From NCBI GenBank assembly GCA_963835605.1, contig CAWIHO010000045.1, forward strand, positions 12,713 through 44,712: a stretch of 32,000 bases of DNA, read 5' to 3'. The notes beneath the pieces were generated by a model. That model saw nothing but the letters and a program-made list of their open reading frames with translations. It was not told where the DNA came from and did not search any database. The first letter of the stretch is position 1; each line of letters opens with the position of its first letter. The stretch is from an uncultured delta proteobacterium (lineage in GTDB: Bacteria > Desulfobacterota > Syntrophorhabdia > Syntrophorhabdales > WCHB1-27). A program made the position numbers and the translations under genes. Positions 25,068 through 32,000 of this stretch are shown here, piece after piece.

Positions 25068-25499
25068 TCATTCGGTTGTGGGCTCCGGGTCCCTCGCCGC
25101 GAGTCTTTTCCGGATTTCCTTCATCGCGCCGCTCTTGTTCTTCCGGATGTCTCTCGCAAGCCCATGCGTGCGTTCCGGGATTTCAAAGTACTTATCACCC
25201 CATAGGATTATCTCAAGCAAAGCAGGCATCAAATCGATCCCCTTAGGGGTCAGTCGGTAGAGATTCTTTACCTTGTTTCCAGGAAAGGCCCTTTTTTCGA
25301 CGATCCCGTTCCTTTCCAGAATCAGGAGGCGATCGGCAAGAATATTGGTCGCGATCTTTTCTTCGGACTGCAAGAACTCACCGTAGGTCTTCTTTCCTTT
25401 GAACATCAGGTCCCTTATGATCAGCAACGTCCACTTGTCACCCAGAATATCGAGAGTGGAGCTGATAGGGCACATCGATCGCCTGGTGGTTTTCTTCAT
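25068..25499 (-). CDS. HxlR-family winged-helix transcriptional regulator
   Basis: The sequence MKKTTRRSMCPISSTLDILGDKWTLLIIRDLMF.GKKTYGEF matches the HxlR signature (CP...L..IG.KW...I...L). I chose Met-13 of the track ORF (25499) as the start. Confidence 0.8.
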   Translation of the reverse strand: MKKTTRRSMCPISSTLDILGDKWTLLIIRDLMFKGKKTYGEFLQSEEKIATNILADRLLILERNGIVEKRAFPGNKVKNLYRLTPKGIDLMPALLEIILWGDKYFEIPERTHGLARDIRKNKSGAMKEIRKRLAARDPEPTTE

Positions 25500-25518
25500 G
25501 TTAATAAGGTTATACAAA

Positions 25519-25558
25519 TTACTTGCAAAAAGCAAGCTTATGGTCTATACTACTTGCA
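25519..25558 (+). promoter_or_regulatory. Divergent control region: near-consensus promoter with repeated TACTTGCAA operator-like sites
   Basis: TTGCAA (25522-27)-17 nt-TATACT (25545-50), followed by GGAGGAG and ATG 25583. TACTTGCAA occurs at 25519-27 (over the -35) and at 25550-58 (over the predicted start site). A perfect palindrome CTTGC-AAAAA-GCAAG lies at 25521-35. Confidence 0.5.
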
Positions 25559-25582
25559 ATTCGAAAGTAACATGGAGGAGTT

Positions 25583-26626
25583 ATGAACAGTGAGGACAGA
25601 ATACGGGAAAAAGCTCTGCAGCTCGGATACGAAGATTGCGGCATCATAAGAGTCGGCGCGCTGGCCGGTTATCGGGATAAGCTGGAGGAGCGCATCTCGC
25701 GGATTCCCATGGGAGAAAAGATCTATGGAAGGTTCAGGACCTACGCTGATCCCTCGGCGGCCAATCCCGCGATAAAATCCATCGTCGTCGCCATTGTCCC
25801 CAGTTACGGGTACAACGTGCCCGGCGAATTCGACGGTGTCTACGGCAAAGCCTATATGTTCGACAGTCGGACGGACGAGGACGCCCCATTTTTCGGTATA
25901 CGCAATGAGTTTGCCACGTTTCTTGAGAGTCTCGGTCTCAACTGCACGTTGGGCGACGGTCATGGAATCCCGGCGCCTGCACGCTGGGCAGCGTACCAGG
26001 CGGGGCTCGGAACCATCCGCCGAAATAACTTCTTCTACACAGAAAAAGGATCGCATAATCGCATAGAAATGCTCGCGGTAGACGGAGAGCTCGAACTCAT
26101 TCGCGACGTAAAGCTCAAAGATTGTCCTGAAAATTGCGGCAAATGCATCGAAGCCTGCCCGACCCATACTCTGTGCGCGCCGTATACCATGTCGATGATC
26201 GGGTGCATCAGCTTTCAGACCAACCTGTCGACCAATATGGGCATGGGCGTCCCCTCCCCCGAGATGACCGAACAGATCGGCGGAAGGCTCTACGGCTGCG
26301 ATGCATGCCAGGACGCATGCCCCTACAACAAAGGTAGATGGACAGGCGGCGAGGAGTTTCCGGGGCTCGACGCGCTCGTACCCTTGATGCGTCCGGAAAA
26401 CATCATGAAGGCAAACTACGACGAGATCGGGAGGACCTTGGGTCGCAAATACTGGTACATAAGGCCGGAAAATCTCTGGAAGTGGAAACTGAATGCGCTG
26501 ACCGTGATGGTGAACGGTTATCGCGAAAAATATGCAGCACCGATAAAGCTCGGGCTTGAAGACACCAACGAAAACGTGCGCAACTTCGCGCGCGGCGTCT
26601 GCTCGAGGCTCGGGATAGAGCACTGA
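25583..26626 (+). CDS. Epoxyqueuosine-reductase (QueG)-like / reductive-dehalogenase-related Fe-S protein
   Basis: 347 aa with two ferredoxin-type motifs (CPENCGKCIEACP and CDACQDACPYN, compare QueG CDxCQxxCPWN). Also has a QueG-like N-terminal domain and a HEAT-like C-terminal tail. Confidence 0.65.
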   Translation: MNSEDRIREKALQLGYEDCGIIRVGALAGYRDKLEERISRIPMGEKIYGRFRTYADPSAANPAIKSIVVAIVPSYGYNVPGEFDGVYGKAYMFDSRTDEDAPFFGIRNEFATFLESLGLNCTLGDGHGIPAPARWAAYQAGLGTIRRNNFFYTEKGSHNRIEMLAVDGELELIRDVKLKDCPENCGKCIEACPTHTLCAPYTMSMIGCISFQTNLSTNMGMGVPSPEMTEQIGGRLYGCDACQDACPYNKGRWTGGEEFPGLDALVPLMRPENIMKANYDEIGRTLGRKYWYIRPENLWKWKLNALTVMVNGYREKYAAPIKLGLEDTNENVRNFARGVCSRLGIEH

Positions 26627-27002
26627 GGCCGCGGCCATTTGTGGCTGCCTGCGAAAACGGTCCGAGAAGGCAAGGTCCCAAAGAGGCCCTTGGGGCAGGG
26701 GGCCATTCGCACCTCTCCTGACACTTACCACGCGTAAGTATTACCTGCTTAACATGAATGTCGGTACGCCATTGCAGGAAGTATCAAATGAGACTGCGTG
26801 GTTTATCGAGAACACCTACGAGTCAAGCATACGACCCTTTGACTTTGATCGTGAATTGCCGACAGAAAGCGTGGACCATGCTTCGCCCCAAGCCTCTGCT
26901 TTTCGTCATCGATCAGATCGGAACACGAAAAAGAATCTCGATCAACAACTATTGCTTAAAGGGCGCAACCGCCGCAGGCAAACATCGGCCTTCAACGATT
27001 CC

Positions 27003-27569
27003 TTAGGCATGCATTTCGTCATCGGCTTCAACACGGAACACCAACATACGGTAACTGCGCTCGTCATGAGCAAAGCGTCCAACCTCACTCATTCCCAGGC
27101 TCTTTGCATGCGCTTTCAATGAACGGGGATTGTCTTCATCTACGAAAGCCGAGCCCAAATCATACTTCCCGGTTACCTCACGTTTGATACCTTGGTAGAG
27201 TTCACGGAGCAAGCCTCGCCCTCGATAGGCCAGACCAAGACATGCTGGGCCATAAAGAAATATCTTATAGTCAGCGAGCGGGCGCCCTTGAAAACCAATG
27301 CGGTCAAACTCCGCGATCATGTTCTTTACAATCGAAGGTTGGTCGTCTGAGTTAAGCCGGGATGCGCACGCAAAACCGACAACACGATCATTATCCCTGG
27401 CTACGATGATACCAAGGTCACTCGCTATATCGGCTATTTGCTGCAAGGTATACTTTGCGGAGATGAAGCCCTGTTGCCGATCAGTTGGAGATAGATTCTG
27501 CTCATAGTTGGCCGCTGCCAATTCGCAGATTCCGGGATAGTCATCTGGGATGGCTCTTCTAATCTCCAT
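27003..27569 (-). CDS. GNAT-family N-acetyltransferase
   Basis: 188 aa with acetyl-CoA motif A-like sequence (LGLAYRGRGLLRELY) and a typical IRRA..DD N-terminus. Confidence 0.8.
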   Translation of the reverse strand: MEIRRAIPDDYPGICELAAANYEQNLSPTDRQQGFISAKYTLQQIADIASDLGIIVARDNDRVVGFACASRLNSDDQPSIVKNMIAEFDRIGFQGRPLADYKIFLYGPACLGLAYRGRGLLRELYQGIKREVTGKYDLGSAFVDEDNPRSLKAHAKSLGMSEVGRFAHDERSYRMLVFRVEADDEMHA

Positions 27570-27890
27570 ATCCGTACGCCCTTTATTGATGCCTGAGACG
27601 CTTTATGCCGTAATCTCATCGACAGGCAAAATCTACTTTCCCTGTCGAACAGTAAGGACCGAAATCCTCTTCTCCTCCGGCCTCTCTATATGGAACCCGC
27701 TTTTCCCAACAGAAAACCGGATTTCTTCAGGTTATAGTTCCGCCTACACCACCGTCCTGTCTCTTTTTCTTATACTTTTTTAAATACGTTTACAAGTTTA
27801 AAAGACGCGATAAAGAGGGTGTCAGCGAGTGGTAAGAGGAATGCCATATTAGTCCCGGAGTCGTCGGATTAGGCAAGCATGGTTCAACCT

Positions 27891-27960
27891 GATACAATGG
27901 CGTCATAAGTGTAACAATGTGAGTTAATGTAATACAATAGTTGCGTTAATGTAATACAGA
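27891..27960. repeat. Phased AT-rich direct repeats (TACAAT-like cores every 20-22 bp, including an exact 14-bp repeat)
   Basis: GTTAATGTAATACA occurs at 27923-36 and again at 27945-58. Related cores are GATACAATGG (27891-), GTAACAATGT (27911-), AATACAATAG (27931-) and AATACAGAAT (27953-). Confidence 0.6.
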
Positions 27961-28207
27961 ATAATAGTGACTCTATTTTAAATTTACAAATTGGGCGAAC
28001 CAGTGATTTTTCGGAGAGCGCCTGTGACACACTTGGATAAGTTTGAAAGCAGGACATACGCGTCCCTCGCGAGACAACATTTTGCTTTTGGCCATCTCGG
28101 AACTCATCCCCCTGACTTATCCAAGAAAAGACTTACATTATCTCCAAGAGAACAGTTTTCTGCACGCGCAAGTTTGTGCCGCAGTTTGCCGGCAGGGGAG
28201 GTAACTA

Positions 28208-28519
28208 ATGAGCAGAGAAGAACACGAACATGCGATGCCCGACGAGGAGCTTCTCCAGAAGCTGAGCGACGAGTACCAGGAAGCTCTTCTGGCGGATGAC
28301 AAGATGAGGATCGAGAATAATATAGCCCCTCGGTTCTGGCAGAGGTTTGGCCGCTATTACCACGCGTACTCAGTGGAATGGAAGGACCCTCACCCCACGA
28401 CGCCCGTAACCCGCCACTTGAGCGAATCAGCGCTCGGCGAGGTGGAAATGGAATGGATGGACCAGGTGCTGCGGGGCGAGATCGAACTGGGGGATGAGAC
28501 AGACGAGGAAGGCTGGTAG
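28208..28519 (+). CDS. Hypothetical small acidic protein (103 aa)
   Basis: GGGGAGG lies 7 nt upstream of the ATG. The composition looks like a coding sequence (MSREEHEHAMPDEELLQKLSDEYQEALLADDK...). I recognise no family. Confidence 0.5.
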   Translation: MSREEHEHAMPDEELLQKLSDEYQEALLADDKMRIENNIAPRFWQRFGRYYHAYSVEWKDPHPTTPVTRHLSESALGEVEMEWMDQVLRGEIELGDETDEEGW

Positions 28520-28525
28520 GGCTCT

Positions 28526-28954
28526 TTAAATGCTGTAGGTTTCCGGGCCTAGCGTGTGCACCCAGTTCGCCTTGAGGATCTCTTCTGCTTCCTTGGTTCT
28601 ATCCACGCCCAGTATCACGATAGCCTGGCCGCTCACCCTGCCCAGATGGGGATAGAGATAATGGACATTAATGCCTGCGTTTCTCAAGGGCTTGAGCACC
28701 GCATTGAGCCCTCCCGGGTGGTCAGGCGTCTCCACCGCCAGCACATCGGTCTCTCTCGTTGAAAAACCGTTGGCCTTAAGAATGTTGAGTGCCTTTACAG
28801 GATCATCCAGGACAAAGCGGACGGTGCTTAAGTCCGACGTGTCCGCAACGGATATCGCGCGGATGTTAACTCCTTCCCTGCCGAGTATCTCGCTCACATG
28901 AGATAGCGCACCGGGCACGTTGTCGAGGATAACCGAAATCTGTTTAATGACCAT
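28526..28954 (-). CDS. Tandem ACT-domain protein (small-molecule-binding regulatory protein)
   Basis: 142 aa with two ACT-like repeats (ISVILDNVPGALSHVSEILGREGVNIRAISV; LAVETPDHPGGLNAVLKPLRNAGINVHYLY). Its start lies 1 nt after the stop of the gamma-subunit gene. Confidence 0.8.
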   Translation of the reverse strand: MVIKQISVILDNVPGALSHVSEILGREGVNIRAISVADTSDLSTVRFVLDDPVKALNILKANGFSTRETDVLAVETPDHPGGLNAVLKPLRNAGINVHYLYPHLGRVSGQAIVILGVDRTKEAEEILKANWVHTLGPETYSI

Positions 28955-28955
28955 C

Positions 28956-29501
28956 TTAGACGCACTCCTTCACGTAGTCAAAGCCCATCTGGAGGGCTTC
29001 CCTGTTGATCTTCGTCAGCTTCGATTTTCCTTCACCGAGTATCTCTGAGAGGTTCTTCATCAAGAATTCAAATGAGACGATATTGCTCGCCTTGACGAAG
29101 GCGCCCAGCAAGATCATGTTCGCCACTTTTATCGTCCCCAGCTTTTCCGCCAGCTGGCTCGTGGGGATCGCCACAATCTCGATGTCGCCCCGCGCAGAGG
29201 ACGTGTCCACGATCGAGGAGTTGACGCATATGAGCCCGCCTGACTGAAGGATGCTCTGAAACCGGAAGAAGGAAGGCTGGTTCATCGCAACGATGAACTC
29301 CGGCTCCGAAGCGACAGGAGATGAGATCTCCTCGTCCGACACCACCACGGTGCAATTCGCCGTACCACCTCTCACCTCAACGCCATACGAAGGAAGGTAC
29401 GTCACGTACTTACCCTCCAGCATGGCCGTGTTGGCAACGGTGTAGCCCATGGAAAGAACGCCTTGCCCGCCAAACCCGGAGAATATAGTCCGTATCAGCA
29501 T
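28956..29501 (-). CDS. 2-oxoacid:ferredoxin oxidoreductase gamma subunit
   Basis: 181 aa. The GFGGQGV motif and overall sequence are typical of the PorG/KorC/VorC family. Confidence 0.85.
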   Translation of the reverse strand: MLIRTIFSGFGGQGVLSMGYTVANTAMLEGKYVTYLPSYGVEVRGGTANCTVVVSDEEISSPVASEPEFIVAMNQPSFFRFQSILQSGGLICVNSSIVDTSSARGDIEIVAIPTSQLAEKLGTIKVANMILLGAFVKASNIVSFEFLMKNLSEILGEGKSKLTKINREALQMGFDYVKECV

Positions 29502-30238
29502 TTTTTCGTCTCTTTGATCAGCCCGAGGGGAAAGACTTTTGTCATCACATCATCAACCCATCTGCAAGCATCGAGGGGGCTCATCTTCCAATTCGTCGGA
29601 CAGGGCGAAAGGATCTCCACCAATGAAAAGCCCGTCTTCTGCAACTGATGTCGAAAGGCCCTTGCTATAGCCTTCTTCGTCTTGATGATTCCCGCGGGTT
29701 TGTTCACGGCCACGCGCTCCAGGTAGGACGTGCCATCGAGCGTGGCGTAGACTTCACAAATTTTTACCGGATGGCCCTGGATAACAGAGTCCCTCCCTGC
29801 CGGCGACGTTGTGGTCACCTGTTCCAGCATGGTGGTCGGGGCCATCTGTCCGCCCGTCATACCGTAAACCCCGTTATTCACGAAAATCACAGAGATGAGC
29901 TCTCCGCGATTTGCCGCGTGAAAACCTTCGGCGGTGCCGATAGCCGCGAGGTCCCCGTCGCCCTGGTACGAGAAGACAAGATTCTCCGGCCGCACGCGCT
30001 TGATGCCCGTTGCTACGGCAGCGCCGCGCCCATGGGCCGATTCTATCGTATCGAAGTCGAAATAGTTGTAGAGGAGCATGCCGCAGCCTGCCGGCGCAAC
30101 GCAGATCGTCTTGTCCCGCAGCTCCATCTCATCCACGACCTCCGCGATGAGCCGGGTTATGACGCCGTGTCCGCATCCGGGGCAGTAATGGAAGTGGGCT
30201 TCTTTCATCGATTTGGGCCGGGCATAGACGGTCTTCAC
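29495..30238 (-). CDS. 2-oxoacid:ferredoxin oxidoreductase beta subunit (TPP-binding)
   Basis: 247 aa with CPGCGHG and the GDGD...NNGVYGMTGGQ thiamine-diphosphate motif. Confidence 0.9.
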   Translation of the reverse strand: MKTVYARPKSMKEAHFHYCPGCGHGVITRLIAEVVDEMELRDKTICVAPAGCGMLLYNYFDFDTIESAHGRGAAVATGIKRVRPENLVFSYQGDGDLAAIGTAEGFHAANRGELISVIFVNNGVYGMTGGQMAPTTMLEQVTTTSPAGRDSVIQGHPVKICEVYATLDGTSYLERVAVNKPAGIIKTKKAIARAFRHQLQKTGFSLVEILSPCPTNWKMSPLDACRWVDDVMTKVFPLGLIKETKKC

Positions 30239-31313
30239 TGCTTCTTACCCCGCTGTGACTGGTAGAAATGGCGCGCGATGATCCGGGAGAGTTCTACGGG
30301 CGTGGGAATCACGCCTCCGGGTCTGCCATAAAAATGAATGTGCCCTTTGCCTTCCAGGGAAAGTTTGACGTCTTCGATCATTTGACCGGTGCTCATTTCA
30401 AACACAAAAAAGTCGCTGAGCTGCTTGGCTGTCTCCTGGATGATCTTCTTGGGAAAGGGCCAGAGTGAAATGGGGCGGATCAGTCCCACCTTCAAGCCCT
30501 CCTGCCTCAAGCGCTTGATCGCCCCTTTTGCGATCCGTGCGGCAATGCCGTAAGCAAGCACGGCCATGTCGGCATCATCAAGAAGAAACGTCTCGTAGCG
30601 CACCTCGTTTCGCTCCATCAGCTGATACTTTCTGAAGAGCTTCCAGTTATGCTCCTCCTCTTCCTTCGTATCAAAAAGGAGAGAGCGGATCATCCTGGAG
30701 GGACGCCCGCTGGCGCCTGACAGCACATAATCTTTCGGATATTCTTTCTTCGGTCGATCGGCTGCGTAGTGAACGTCACCGGCTCCATCATCTGACCGAG
30801 CATGCCATCGCCCAGTATGACCACGGGATTTCTGTATGCATCGGCCAGGTCAAATGCGACATTGACCAACTCGGCAGCCTCCTGCACGGATGCCGGGGCA
30901 AGAACGATCGTTCTGTAGTCGCCGTGGCCCCCGCCGCGCGTGGCCTGCAAATAGTCGGATTGCGCGGGAGAGATATTGCCCATGCCGGGTCCGCCGCGCA
31001 TCATGTTCACGATGACGGCAGGCAGCTCATCCGCGGCCAGATAGGAGACGCCTTCCTGCTTCAGGCTGATACCGGGTCCGCTGGAGGAGGTCATTGCACG
31101 CGCGCCGGCGGCAGACGCACCCAGCACCATGTTGATCGCCGCTATCTCGCTTTCAGACTGGATGAAAACAGCGCCGGGAACTTCGGCAATGCGCTTCGCC
31201 ATATACTCAGTCAGTTCATTCTGCGGTGTGATAGGATAGCCAAAGTAAGCGGTACATCCCGCCAGAACCGCGGCTTCTCCTACGGCGCTATTGCCGCTCA
31301 TCAGTCTTTTCAA
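30235..31313 (-). CDS. 2-oxoacid:ferredoxin oxidoreductase alpha subunit, split into two track ORFs by a single-base frame break near 30752-30764
   Basis: ORF 30690..31313 ([20 protein letters not shown]...[13 protein letters not shown]) and ORF 30235..30726 (in-frame upstream extension [12 protein letters not shown], then [14 protein letters not shown]...[12 protein letters not shown]...) together give a colinear alpha subunit. The span is 1,079 nt, one short of a multiple of three. Confidence 0.8.
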
Positions 31314-31518
31314 ACTGATACACCTCTATTGCTACTTCCGGGCACATCACAGCGCATATTGCGCAGCCCGTGCAGCCTTTCTTTTCTTCGAAGTCCGCAA
31401 TGAAATATCCCTTGAGATTGAGCCTGTTGGATAGCATGATAGCGTGACTCGGACAGTGTTCCATGCACCAGGAACAGCCCTTGCAGCGCTCCGGATCAAT
31501 CCGGATAAAACCCTTCAT
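31288..31518 (-). CDS. 2-oxoacid:ferredoxin oxidoreductase delta subunit (2x[4Fe-4S] ferredoxin)
   Basis: Motifs [12 protein letters not shown] and [13 protein letters not shown] place the start at the internal Met ([12 protein letters not shown], 31518) rather than the track start at 31569. Confidence 0.8.
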   Translation of the reverse strand: MKGFIRIDPERCKGCSWCMEHCPSHAIMLSNRLNLKGYFIADFEEKKGCTGCAICAVMCPEVAIEVYQFEKTDERQ

Positions 31519-31573
31519 AGATATGCAACCCCTATACACCTTTTGAGAACTGTCACCGACAACGAGCAACGCT

Positions 31574-31603
31574 AGAGTAGCGCAGAGCCACGCCAGTTGT
31601 CAA
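31574..31603 (-). promoter_or_regulatory. Candidate sigma70-type promoter for the oxidoreductase operon
   Basis: The minus strand reads TTGACA-18 nt-TACTCT, about 55 nt upstream of ATG 31518. Confidence 0.35.
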
Positions 31604-31644
31604 GCCGGTTTTCGACATATGCTTTGAGGTATACTGCTAGACGA

Positions 31645-31806
31645 ATGGTAGAAGAAGAGTCCCTCTCGAGACGCATCCTTCACGTGGACATGGATGCCTT
31701 TTTCGCGGCGCAAGGAGGAACGAGTGCCGTCGAACTGCAGCGTACGCTTTTGCTTGATATTTTCGGGAAAACGTACAAGACTTTTATAAGGGACAGCGCG
31801 GAGTGA
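31645..31806 (+). pseudogene. 5' remnant of a Y-family DNA polymerase IV (dinB-like) gene
   Basis: MVEEESLSRRILHVDMDAFFAA carries the highly characteristic DinB N-terminal motif (ILHVDMDAFFA). Similarity decays immediately afterwards, with traces in shifted frames (EER, PELQ-like), and the frame stops at 31806. Confidence 0.4.
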
Positions 31807-31811
31807 CAAAT

Positions 31812-32000
31812 GTGAAGATCCATACGAGAATAGCGACCGTCGCCCTGTCGTTTGCGCTCTTTATCGTGTTTTCAAGCAGTTCGCTCTATGCGCAGCAAAG
31901 GGGAGGGAGAAGAGGCAGTCAGCCACGCATTGGCACGGCAGGCCCGGCAGGCGCAGCCCCGAGAGTGACGTTGCCCCCGGAGTTTGACAACCGCCCCTTC
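31812..32000 (+). CDS. Partial ORF for a secreted protein of unknown function; continues past the right edge
   Basis: GTG start with GGAG 8 nt upstream. The N-terminus (V/M)KIHTRIATVALSFALFIVFSSSSLYA/QQ looks like a signal peptide. The frame stays open to the window end. Confidence 0.35.
   Translation, partial: MKIHTRIATVALSFALFIVFSSSSLYAQQRGGRRGSQPRIGTAGPAGAAPRVTLPPEFDNRPF

Noticed and set aside
25550-26731. 393-aa ORF on the minus strand covering the whole QueG-like gene
   Set aside because: It is antisense to a gene with clear Fe-S motifs, an RBS and a promoter. Its translation is Arg/Ala/Pro/Gly-rich with no recognisable domain, and it would start inside the neighbouring intergenic region. 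It is an antisense shadow ORF.
27991-28299. 102-aa ORF overlapping the start of the small acidic ORF; also 26754..27122+ and 27550..27783+
   Set aside because: They have no RBS, an Arg/Ser/Pro-rich or low-complexity translation, and overlap better-supported genes or their leaders.
29648-30265. 205-aa plus-strand ORF opposite the oxidoreductase beta subunit; also 30924..31403+ opposite alpha
   Set aside because: Antisense shadows of genes with clear TPP and oxidoreductase motifs.

Overview
This 32-kb window looks like a chromosomal segment from an anaerobic, Desulfobacterota-like bacterium. That assignment is an inference from gene content only. All calls were made by eye from the sequence and ORF track; no searches were run.

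Left third: a TRAP transporter (partial dctM, dctQ) with a base-perfect tandem duplication of dctP. It sits divergent from a cytoplasmic molybdopterin (DMSO-reductase-family) oxidoreductase, a 4Fe-4S subunit and an FAD/NAD(P)H oxidoreductase. That operon converges on a xanthine-dehydrogenase-family large-medium-small operon.

Middle:
- An apparently intact IS1182/IS5-like element with terminal inverted repeats.
- A promoter, a GEMM-I-like cyclic-dinucleotide riboswitch, an intrinsic terminator and an exported SAM-methyltransferase-like gene.
- Two more methyltransferase genes, one frame-broken in a CG repeat.
- A 57-aa zinc-ribbon ORF missing from the ORF track.
- A ptxABCD phosphite uptake/oxidation operon preceded by a Pho-box-like phased repeat.
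- Two paralogous orphan response regulators.
- A decayed IS110-family element with a structured upstream non-coding end.

Right third: an HxlR-type regulator divergent from a QueG-like Fe-S reductase, a GNAT acetyltransferase and a small acidic ORF. These are followed by a delta-alpha-beta-gamma 2-oxoacid:ferredoxin oxidoreductase operon with a coupled tandem-ACT gene (alpha subunit frame-broken), a dinB 5' remnant and a partial secreted protein.

No CRISPR array, rRNA or tRNA was recognised. The most noteworthy items are the riboswitch with its exported methyltransferase, the substrate-unknown NAD(P)H-linked molybdoenzyme module next to a second Mo enzyme and the duplicated dctP, the ptx operon, and the several reading-frame breaks, which may be assembly errors.
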